This document shows, in pieces, positions 1-7,756 of a DNA stretch of 64,000 nt. Position 1 is the first letter of the stretch. The number at the start of each line of letters is the position of its first letter. The position numbers and the translations under genes were made by a program. Source of the stretch: Bdellovibrionota bacterium (GTDB taxonomy: Bacteria; Bdellovibrionota_G; JALEGL01; DATDPG01); contig OY764265.1 of the NCBI GenBank assembly GCA_963668355.1, positions 2,176,001 through 2,240,000 on the forward strand, given 5' to 3'. The notes below the pieces were generated by a model. The model made no database searches. It was given only the letters and a program-made list of their open reading frames with translations, and was not told the origin of the DNA.

Positions 1-1
1 A

Positions 2-1396
2 AATGGGGACGGCGTTCGGGGAGTGAGCGTGTATTGCCGAGATACTTCTAACTCCTTGGTCAATGCCGTCAGTTGGATCTCCGACTTTGTGGAAGCAGGA
101 GAGGGCGAGTATTGGTGCGGAAATCTGACGAGTGGAAATTACCAGGTTGAAATCGAGCCCATCTTTCTCGCGATCAATTATTTTGATCCCTATCCTCCGT
201 TTGTTGTGGAAGAGTTTTACAGCGGAGATGTGGAAGGCGCGGATCCCGCGACCGATTTGAGCAAGTACGATGGGGCCAACCTCGAAGAGCCCGATGAAGT
301 TCGGACCAGCATCGCGGTTGCTGCGGGAGAGACAGTTTCCGATATTGACATCGTTTTGAACGAAGATGGTCGCCTGAGGTCGGGACAAGCGGTCACCGGG
401 ACCTCAAAAGGTTTTTTCCCGTCCATGGAATATTTCATCAAAGTCCCCGAAGGAGCTTCGGGCATTCGATTTGATTTGGTGGCCGAAGACAATAATGTCG
501 ATTTGGATTTATTGGTAAAATGTGCGCCGGAGTTTTCGCTTCCCTTTATGTCCACGGTGCCGTCTTTGGTGACATCCTCAGGAGATTCCCAACAGGCTGA
601 ATTCTCATCCACCAGTTTGCAAGGAACGGAACAAATCGTCATTGAAGGCGAGAGCCTTTCGGCTTGCACATACCATATCCTGATTCCAAATTTCAGTTCC
701 GAGTTCCTTCCTTCGGATGGCATTCTTCGTGCCAATTATATTTCCGGTAGCAGCGCCAACTTTGAATTAACGGCCACGGTTCTGGGAGCCGACCCCCGAT
801 TGAATATCGTTCAAGGTCCGGGAACGCTTCAAGACGGAGGAACGGGTGAAATTCTTGTGGCCAGTCGGACGTTTCGGGCCTTCGACGACGACATTGAACT
901 GGAAGATGTTTCCTTCACGGACTCGGGTCCCGGCGATCTTTCCACCGTAAGTTCGGTTCAGTTGTATCTAGACGCGGATGAGGACGGTTCCTATGAGGGA
1001 GAGAATGACCGCCTTTTGGCTTCATCTACCGTGGATGCCAGCACGAGAAAGGTGGTTTTTGAGGATCTGAATCGCTTCATTGAGGAGAATGAAACGGAGA
1101 CCTATCTCCTGACCTATACCGTTTCGGAGGCCTCTTCGTCGGCCAGCCTGGGAGTGCTCTTTGCGATTTTGATGCTCGGAATGTTGCTGACTTTCCGGAC
1201 CCCTCTTCGAAGAGGCGTCGGAGTTTTGCTTCTTTTCTGTGTTTTGGGCGTCGGCAGTTGTGGATCTTCCTCGCGAACGTTCGAGCCTGACATTCTAGAA
1301 GGGGATGTCACCGTTACAGGGATGACGTTTGGGTCCAATGTTTCCGTTTGCGTGAACAACGCCGAATCGGTCAGCGAATATTTTCAGTGTCGCTAA
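2..1396 (+). CDS. 5'-truncated secreted/membrane-anchored protein with PPC-like and Ig-like beta domains and a C-terminal TM hairpin
   Basis: Frame is open from position 2. PPC-like motif YFIKVPEGA..DLDLLV..YHILI; acidic beta-rich body; two hydrophobic segments near the C-terminus. Confidence 0.6.
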   Translation, partial: NGDGVRGVSVYCRDTSNSLVNAVSWISDFVEAGEGEYWCGNLTSGNYQVEIEPIFLAINYFDPYPPFVVEEFYSGDVEGADPATDLSKYDGANLEEPDEVRTSIAVAAGETVSDIDIVLNEDGRLRSGQAVTGTSKGFFPSMEYFIKVPEGASGIRFDLVAEDNNVDLDLLVKCAPEFSLPFMSTVPSLVTSSGDSQQAEFSSTSLQGTEQIVIEGESLSACTYHILIPNFSSEFLPSDGILRANYISGSSANFELTATVLGADPRLNIVQGPGTLQDGGTGEILVASRTFRAFDDDIELEDVSFTDSGPGDLSTVSSVQLYLDADEDGSYEGENDRLLASSTVDASTRKVVFEDLNRFIEENETETYLLTYTVSEASSSASLGVLFAILMLGMLLTFRTPLRRGVGVLLLFCVLGVGSCGSSSRTFEPDILEGDVTVTGMTFGSNVSVCVNNAESVSEYFQCR

Positions 1397-1399
1397 AAT

Positions 1400-1951
1400 T
1401 TAAAGAAAGCCGTTTTCTTTCAGAACGTTTTCAACCTTTTGATGCAGCTCTTCAACCGAGCCTTCATTTAGGATGACGACATCCGCCTCTTGAAGGCAGA
1501 GGTCGATTTGTTGCGCCTTGTTGACGGAGGAATGTTCCCGGTCTTCCATTTCTTTGAATTTCTCCAAAGACTCCGCATTCTCGTTTCGACCCCTTTGTTT
1601 TGCTCTCTCAAAACGAAGCTCAATCGGCGCATCTACGGCCAAGAGCAAAAACGTTCCGGCTTGCCTCAAAAATCGAATTTCTTCGGGATTTCGAACCGAA
1701 TCCACCACCGAAATGGGGCTTTGGAGCTTGGGGATGGTCATTTTAGCCAAGACTCCAGGGCCGCCCTTCTCGCGTAACTCTTGTCCCAGAGCAATGAGCG
1801 TTTCGCGTGAAGCCTCCAGATTGCGTTTTTGGGCCTCATCACGCAGAACATCGGACAGAGATCGATAAAAGAAACCTCTGCGACGCAGAAAATCAGCCAC
1901 TTCACCTTTTCCCGACGCGTTTCTTCCCGTCAGGCCGACGATTTTAATCAT
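1400..1951 (-). CDS. P-loop nucleotide kinase (dephospho-CoA/dNMP kinase-like)
   Basis: N-terminal IVGLTGRNASGKG Walker A; VVDSVRNPEE; C-terminal ADVVILNEGS. Confidence 0.8.
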   Translation of the reverse strand: MIKIVGLTGRNASGKGEVADFLRRRGFFYRSLSDVLRDEAQKRNLEASRETLIALGQELREKGGPGVLAKMTIPKLQSPISVVDSVRNPEEIRFLRQAGTFLLLAVDAPIELRFERAKQRGRNENAESLEKFKEMEDREHSSVNKAQQIDLCLQEADVVILNEGSVEELHQKVENVLKENGFL

Positions 1952-2672
1952 CGTCGAAATTGAAGTTCGGCTGTCGGAACGGATTCTTGTCTTCGGAGTT
2001 CCCGAGTTCCGTGTCGAAACTGGTGGGTGTATAGGTATCGACCGAGTTGCTCATTTCTTCATCATAAGAGTCGTACTCGCCTTCCAAGAACTTACGAGAG
2101 GTATCAAAGTCATCCAACGGGCTCTGCCTGCGACGACCACCGCCCCCTCCGGAATTGCTGTTAAAGGAGGAATTGGAAGAGGAGTTCCATCGCGGAGATC
2201 CATTTTCTTCCGTTGTTTTTGTTTTTGCCGGAGCCGCAGCGACCTTGGGCTCGGGTACCACAACCACTTCAGGTTTAGGAGAAACCTTTTTTGGCGCCAC
2301 TTTCTTCACGATCTTCTTTTTGGCGGCTTTTTTCTTGGGAGCCGCTTTCTTTGTGGCTTTTTTCTTGGTTGCTTTCTTCTTTGCCACTTTCTTTTTGGCC
2401 GGTTTTTTCTTCGCAGCCTTCTTCTTGGTTACGCTCTTTTTCTTGGCGGCTTTCTTTTTCGTGGCCTTTTTCTTTGTGGTTTTCTTTTTAGGAGCTTTTT
2501 TCTTTGTGGCCTTCTTTTTGGCAGTTTTCTTCTTTGCGGCCTTCTTTTTGCCCGCTTTTTTCTTCGTCGTTTTCTTTTTGGCGACTTTTTTCTTGGTCGC
2601 TTTTTTCTTTTTTACGACCTTTTTCTTGGTTGTTTTCTTCTTTGCCTTTTTCTTCGCTTTTTTCTTGGCCAT
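1944..2672 (-). CDS. Histone H1-like Lys/Ala-rich DNA-binding protein with acidic C-terminal tail
   Basis: About 130 aa of KKKA/TKKK repeats, then a Ser/Asn/Gly linker and a D/E-rich tail; overlaps the start of the kinase gene. Confidence 0.75.
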   Translation of the reverse strand: MAKKKAKKKAKKKTTKKKVVKKKKATKKKVAKKKTTKKKAGKKKAAKKKTAKKKATKKKAPKKKTTKKKATKKKAAKKKSVTKKKAAKKKPAKKKVAKKKATKKKATKKAAPKKKAAKKKIVKKVAPKKVSPKPEVVVVPEPKVAAAPAKTKTTEENGSPRWNSSSNSSFNSNSGGGGGRRRQSPLDDFDTSRKFLEGEYDSYDEEMSNSVDTYTPTSFDTELGNSEDKNPFRQPNFNFDDD

Positions 2673-2870
2673 ATCAACTCCCTAAGTGCCTGAAAACATG
2701 GAAAAAACTTTTTTATGTTCCGATAGGCAAGAGAGAACCATAAACCCGAAGCCGAATCAAGGTTTTCTCCTTGTAAAGAATTGGCTCCTGGCCGATTTGC
2801 CCCTTGTGCCCCGGAAGCACCTATATTAATAGAGTAAGTTCGCTTGAAAGCGAGACCCTAAATGTAAACG

Positions 2871-3219
2871 GGGGGCGACAGGTTTCGACAGGATTTGTAA
2901 CTGTTCAGGTCGCACGCCGAGGATCCACCTGGCCTCGTAAAAAAGGTGGGACTAAAACGAGGTGATAACACCGAGTATGCTCTGGCAGCTTAGCTAGCCA
3001 CGTCTGAACCGAAGACACCTGCTATTTGGGAATGACGTAAAAACAGCGGGTTAGTGGTTGGGAGTGCCTGAATAACCAACCGCGAATTTTTCTCAGGCTC
3101 GCCAAAGGAAATCCTGTTCATGGGAGTTACAGAGGCTAAAAACAAATCATGAACTAAGCGTGTAGTGGCAGAACCGAAGCGAATTTTGGACGGGGGTTCA
3201 ATTCCCCCCGCCTCCACCA
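2871..3219 (+). ncRNA. ssrA: tmRNA; tag reading frame 2961-2993 encodes (A)GDNTEYALAA*
   Basis: 5' GGGGGCG pairs with 3' CGCCTCC-ACCA including the G3:U wobble; GGTTTCGAC 5' motif; T-arm GGGGGTTCAATTCCCCC; tag ends YALAA-TAG. Confidence 0.97.
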
Positions 3220-3442
3220 GCCTTCGCGAGTTGAAAACGAGCGGAGGCTGTCCCGCCGAAGCCTTGGCGAAGGCGGACTCTTTCCTTTCAAACCGGAAGC
3301 TACGGCTGGGCAAGCCCAAAAAAAGGAGCAAGATCAATTTATCAGCCTTCGCGAGTTGAAAACGAGCGGAGGCTGTCCCGCCGAAGCCTTGGCGAAGGCG
3401 GACCTCTGAGTCTCAAAACTAAAAGCTACGGCTGGGCGAGCC
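3218..3442 (+). repeat. Two direct copies (3218-3316, 3343-3442) of a ~100-bp REP-like element containing the CCGCCGAAGCCTTGGCGAAGGCGG hairpin
   Basis: The first 61 nt of the two copies are identical; both end with AAGCTACGGCTGGGCRAGCC. Confidence 0.9.
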
Positions 3443-3475
3443 AGATTTGGCATTGCTTTTGCCTTCCTTTTTAGC

Positions 3476-3712
3476 ATATACGTTTACATTCTTTCGAATC
3501 ACGAGAATCCGCCCAGGCATTATGTGGGGTCCACAGCGAATTTGAGCGCTAGGCTAAAATCTCACAACAATGGTCAAGTGCCTCACACGTCCAAATTTCG
3601 GCCTTGGGAATTTGATGTGGTTGTTCGATTTTCGGACTCGAAGAAGGCACGTCGATTTGAAAAATACTTAAAATCAGGATCTGGCAGAGCTTTTGCGAAA
3701 AAACATTTCTGA
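3476..3712 (+). CDS. Small GIY-YIG nuclease; apparent ATA in place of the start ATG
   Basis: In-frame extension of the 3524 ORF gives IYVYILS..HYVGSTANLSARLKSHN..EKYLKSGSGRAF. Confidence 0.8.
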   Translation: MYVYILSNHENPPRHYVGSTANLSARLKSHNNGQVPHTSKFRPWEFDVVVRFSDSKKARRFEKYLKSGSGRAFAKKHF

Positions 3713-3745
3713 ACCTCACAACATTCATGAATGTTGTGAGGTTCA
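3710..3745. repeat. Perfect 36-bp palindrome with no loop
   Basis: TGAACCTCACAACATTCA followed by its reverse complement TGAATGTTGTGAGGTTCA. Confidence 0.95.
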
Positions 3746-3906
3746 TCCCGGCGTAGCCCAAAGGGCGAAGCCGGATCTTCTCATTCCAAAACCCGAGGGT
3801 TCGCGTGCTCGCGCACGCAGACCTGTAGAGTATTCGCCTCAGACCCAACTTCGTTGGGTACCCCTTCGGCTCTATTTGTTGATAGGCAGGTTCTCGTGCG
3901 GTCCAC

Positions 3907-4056
3907 CCCATGCAGCCACCCTTTGGGTGTTTTGTAAGCATCATTTCAAAAAAAAACGAATGTTGAAAAATATTTTACACACAGTACTATCGGAATGTGT
4001 TTGGCGGGCCCATATTAATAGACTGAAATTGGGTTCAGTCGTGTGGACCCGGAATT
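3907..4056. repeat. Copy 1 of a ~140-bp duplicated leader block with a sigma70-like promoter and a REP-like end
   Basis: Shares CCCATGCAGCCACCCTTTGGG, TCGGAATGTGTTTGGCGGGC, CATATTAATAGACTG and TTCAGTCGTGTG with 6346-6483; TTGAAA-N16-TACTAT at 3963-3990. Confidence 0.8.
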
Positions 4057-4062
4057 TGAGAA

Positions 4063-6228
4063 ATGAAACAGACGGAGAAACTTACCGACATCATTGATGA
4101 AATTTCTGGAGACCGTCCCAAGTCTGACCCTGTAGACGACAAACTTAACTACGCTCCTTTTGCTAAACATCTCTCAAAGGCACTGGTAGACATCAAAGCG
4201 ACCCAAGGGCTAGTAATAGCTATCTATGGGAACTGGGGCTGTGGGAAATCAACGATCCTCAATTTCGTCAAACACTACCTAAATCGTGACCCCAAGGCCG
4301 TAAACATTGAGAAATTAGACTTCAATCCCTGGGTTTTTTCGGGTCACGAAGACTTAATTCAACAGTTTTTTAATCAACTACAAATCAGCCTCAGCGGGGA
4401 AGATTCATCCGAACAAAAAGAACTAGTAAAGAAGATAAGCGATTTTGCGCTTGCTGTTGGAGAGGTCCCATTGCCATACGCTCATCATGGGCGATGGATA
4501 GGCAAAATCTTGAGGCTGGGGCAAAAACCGAAAAATATTTTTTCTCTGAAAAGAGAAATTGAAAAAGAACTCTTACGAACCGAGAAAAAATTCCTCATCA
4601 TTTTGGACGATGTGGATCGATTGATAGACGAGGAGATTCGACATCTCTTTCGCCTTATTAAATCCGTTGCTGATTTTCCCAATGTTATTTACTTGCTAGC
4701 CTTTGACAAAACTGTCGTGGCAACGGCTATTGAGTCGTTGCAAAAGGATCGAGGGGATGAGTACCTTGAAAAGATTATTCAAGTACCATTCGAGGTCCCA
4801 AAGGCCGACAAACTATCTTTGCGAGTAATGCTAACGGATCGTCTTAACAAGATTTGGGGTGAGGTAGACGACCGCCTTGCTGACAACACTTACATGGGAA
4901 ATCTATTCATTGAAGGAATTGATCCCTTTATAGAAACCCCTCGTGATGTCGTAAGGCTTACAAACTCTATGAGCATAACTTACCAAGCGGTGAGGAATGA
5001 GGTAAACCCAGCAGATTTTGCCGTTATAGAAACAGTGAGGCTGTTTCTGCCTTCGCTCTACGAAACTATTCGTGACAACCCAGAGTATTTTGTTGGTTCC
5101 AGGTCGGATCGTTCAAGCCATAGAGATGATGTTGAAAAGGCGTTTCATGAGGCATGGCTCCAAGCGATTACGACTAGCCAAAAGGAGATCGTTAAGACGT
5201 TTATGTGTAGGTTGTTTCCTCGACTCAACGGATTTTTTAGGAACGAATTTTTTGGGCCTGATTGGGAGCAAACTTGGTCAAAACGTCTCCGTGTGTGTAG
5301 CGCGGAAGTATTTCCCTCTTACTTTAACCTTGTCCTCAAAGATGATCGTATTGGAAACCACGAAATCGATCATTTTCTTGCTACTGCCAACAACGTAAAC
5401 GACACCAGTAGACTTTTAGAGAAATTAGCAGCGCAGAAATTGCCGAATGGTCGAACCAGGGCACGGCTACTTCTTGCTAGGTTAGAAGATTTCACGAAGG
5501 AAGATGTAAATCTCTCGCAAGCAAAAAACATTATAAAGGCGCTTTTCACTGTCGGAGATGGAATAGTTGAAAAAGAACCAAAGCAGATTGGAATGTTCGA
5601 CTTCGGAATAGAAATTCAAATCGCCAGAATTATAAGGCAACTGCTTCGACGCTTTGAAATAAATGAGCGGTTTGAGGCCCTTAGAGAGGCGTTTTCCTCA
5701 GGCTCCGCCATTGCCTTGATAGCGGACGAGACGGCTTCGCTGAGTAGTGAGCATGGGAGAGCTTTTGAAAAGCAAGGGTTGCCAGAGGAAGAACGGGTGC
5801 TTTCTAAAGCAGATATCATCAAACTGGAGGAGCTTGCGTGTCGAATCCTTGCGGAGGCGGCGCAGGGTGACAAGTTATTAAAGGCCCCTAATCTTCCACG
5901 GACTCTCTGGGCTTGGAAGGAAATAGGAGGCTCTGAACAAGCAAAAGATTGGTTTCAGCGTACAACCGCTTCGGACGAAGGTCTTGTCTTAGTTCTGAAA
6001 AAGTTCCTTAGTTTCTCGCTATCTCAAGGGATTACCGACGTTATTGCCAAAAGGTCGCCACGTTTGAATCCAAAAAGCCTAGAAGGATTTACAGATCTTG
6101 AAACCTTGTATGAGAGGGTGAACCGCATAGCTGGTAGAAAGACTCTCGAAGGCGATAAGAACGTGGCCGTTAGCCAATTCTTAAAGGAATATACACTAAT
6201 TAAGGAAGGGAAAGACCCCTCTTATTGA
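4063..6228 (+). CDS. KAP-family P-loop NTPase
   Basis: D.P.....DDKLN N-terminal motif; Walker A GNWGCGKS; FNPW; Walker B ILDDVDRL; YLEKIIQVPF; TPRDVVRL. Confidence 0.9.
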   Translation: MKQTEKLTDIIDEISGDRPKSDPVDDKLNYAPFAKHLSKALVDIKATQGLVIAIYGNWGCGKSTILNFVKHYLNRDPKAVNIEKLDFNPWVFSGHEDLIQQFFNQLQISLSGEDSSEQKELVKKISDFALAVGEVPLPYAHHGRWIGKILRLGQKPKNIFSLKREIEKELLRTEKKFLIILDDVDRLIDEEIRHLFRLIKSVADFPNVIYLLAFDKTVVATAIESLQKDRGDEYLEKIIQVPFEVPKADKLSLRVMLTDRLNKIWGEVDDRLADNTYMGNLFIEGIDPFIETPRDVVRLTNSMSITYQAVRNEVNPADFAVIETVRLFLPSLYETIRDNPEYFVGSRSDRSSHRDDVEKAFHEAWLQAITTSQKEIVKTFMCRLFPRLNGFFRNEFFGPDWEQTWSKRLRVCSAEVFPSYFNLVLKDDRIGNHEIDHFLATANNVNDTSRLLEKLAAQKLPNGRTRARLLLARLEDFTKEDVNLSQAKNIIKALFTVGDGIVEKEPKQIGMFDFGIEIQIARIIRQLLRRFEINERFEALREAFSSGSAIALIADETASLSSEHGRAFEKQGLPEEERVLSKADIIKLEELACRILAEAAQGDKLLKAPNLPRTLWAWKEIGGSEQAKDWFQRTTASDEGLVLVLKKFLSFSLSQGITDVIAKRSPRLNPKSLEGFTDLETLYERVNRIAGRKTLEGDKNVAVSQFLKEYTLIKEGKDPSY

Positions 6229-6229
6229 A

Positions 6230-6306
6230 GTCGCGGGACATACACGGGTGTCCCAAATTAGGAGAGTCTTATAGGAATCTGGGGACACCCGTGTGTGTCC
6301 CGCGAC
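6230..6306. repeat. REP-like inverted repeat, 25-bp arms with one mismatch (GGGACA family)
   Basis: GTCGCGGGACATACACGGGTGTCCC ... GGGACACCCGTGTGTGTCCCGCGAC, starting 2 nt after the KAP stop codon. Confidence 0.9.
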
Positions 6307-6345
6307 GCGATCCTGCGGGCGGTTACCCGTCCTCAGGGGATCCGA

Positions 6346-6483
6346 CCCATGCAGCCACCCTTTGGGGGTCGCTTTCATTTCATAAGTAAGAAAGTGTTGA
6401 AAAAAGTTTAACATGTCGTATTGTCGGAATGTGTTTGGCGGGCACATATTAATAGACTGGAAATCGGATTCAGTCGTGTGTTC
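6346..6483. repeat. Copy 2 of the duplicated leader block
   Basis: Homologous to 3907-4056; TTGAAA-N16-TATTGT at 6397-6424. Confidence 0.8.
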
Positions 6484-6519
6484 TTTCATTTGTTAGGATT
6501 CAAGATTTGGTGAGGAAAA

Positions 6520-7680
6520 ATGAACGAGAATGTAGAAATTGTTCAAAAAGAGATTGTTCGACTAAAGGAACGCATCATCGAAGTAGAAAAGTCTGAGGTT
6601 TCTTTAAGTGAAACTGATACTCGGCAAGGATTAATAAACCCTCTATTTCGAGCTTGTGGGTGGGATTTTGGCGATTTTTTGTCTGTCAAAAGCGAATTTC
6701 GGCATGGAGATTATAACGAGCCTGTGGACTACGCGTTTTTTGCCTCAAACAAAAGGGATCGACCAATCCTTTTACTTGAAGCGAAGGCTCTTGGTCGAAA
6801 TCTTAACGATCCAAAGATTGTTAAACAATTGTGTACTTATCTAGGGGAAATGGGGGTTCAGTGGGGAGCTCTTTCCGACGGGAACAAGTACGTTATGTAC
6901 AACTCCAAAGGTGGAGCGTCTTTTTCGGACCAAAAATTCCTCACTCTCCAGATAAAGACGGTAGATACAGAAGATGGTTTGAGTAGTTTGGAAATGGCAG
7001 ACAAAATGACGGCGTTGTTAAGTCGAAATTGTCTGGAAAATGATACGATACAAAGTACTTATGAAGAACATATGGTGAATGGGCAGATCGAAACGGCTCT
7101 ATATTCACTATTATCAACTCCCTTCGATACCTTGGCATCAGCCGTTCGTAAGGAGTTTAAAGAGGATCGGGTGAAAGCAAATCCCGATTTGAGAATTTCT
7201 TCGAAACGAATCATTGAATATTTGGAAGGAATTTCAGACGAAGAAGGGCGAATTCCAATTGATCTGGAAGCATCAGAGGTACGTTCGGATGACGAAGTGC
7301 TTTATGATGTGGCAGCACAGGCACAGGATGGCACTCTGGTCTCGGGTGGGGAGCAAAGTATGACGCGCGCTCGGAGGATAGCGATTAGTGATCTCTTGGA
7401 AGATCATCTTGCATCAGAAGGTGATAACTGGAGATTTGAATATAAGGGAGAAGTTTTTTGGGGACGTGTTACGGGAAATGGTGAGATTGAAATGAATGGT
7501 GAGCTGTTTTCAAATCCCTCTAAGGCAGGCACGGCTGTTACAAACAAAGCATGTTGTGGGTGGGAAAAATGGTATTTCAAAAATCCGGATAGAAAATGGG
7601 TACCTATTGACGAGCTGCGAAAAAACTATAGAAAAAATCATGGAATAGCTGCGATTAGGTGGAAAAAGAAAAATATTTAA
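6520..7680 (+). CDS. HsdR_N-like PD-(D/E)XK restriction nuclease with probable C-terminal RAMA domain
   Basis: ETDTRQGLINPLF..GWD, VDYAF, LLEAK, LSDG..Y. The C-terminal G.V..G.I...FSNPS.A...CGWEKW..LR pattern resembles RAMA. Confidence 0.75.
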   Translation: MNENVEIVQKEIVRLKERIIEVEKSEVSLSETDTRQGLINPLFRACGWDFGDFLSVKSEFRHGDYNEPVDYAFFASNKRDRPILLLEAKALGRNLNDPKIVKQLCTYLGEMGVQWGALSDGNKYVMYNSKGGASFSDQKFLTLQIKTVDTEDGLSSLEMADKMTALLSRNCLENDTIQSTYEEHMVNGQIETALYSLLSTPFDTLASAVRKEFKEDRVKANPDLRISSKRIIEYLEGISDEEGRIPIDLEASEVRSDDEVLYDVAAQAQDGTLVSGGEQSMTRARRIAISDLLEDHLASEGDNWRFEYKGEVFWGRVTGNGEIEMNGELFSNPSKAGTAVTNKACCGWEKWYFKNPDRKWVPIDELRKNYRKNHGIAAIRWKKKNI

Positions 7681-7756
7681 ATCAAGTTAAGTAGAAAAAT
7701 CTGGGTTTCGAATTTGAGAGGGAGTACATCACATAAAACGAAAGCGTCGGTATAGA

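Noticed and set aside
2155..2685. Phe-rich 176-aa 'membrane protein' ORF
   Set aside because: Antisense shadow of the Lys-rich H1-like gene.
3190..3219. Integrative element with attL/attR at tmRNA
   Set aside because: I saw no integrase and no second copy of the tmRNA 3' end; checked by eye only, so a short match could be missed.
2990..3359. ORFs 2990-3337 (-) and 3165-3359 (+)
   Set aside because: They overlap tmRNA and the repeats; spurious.
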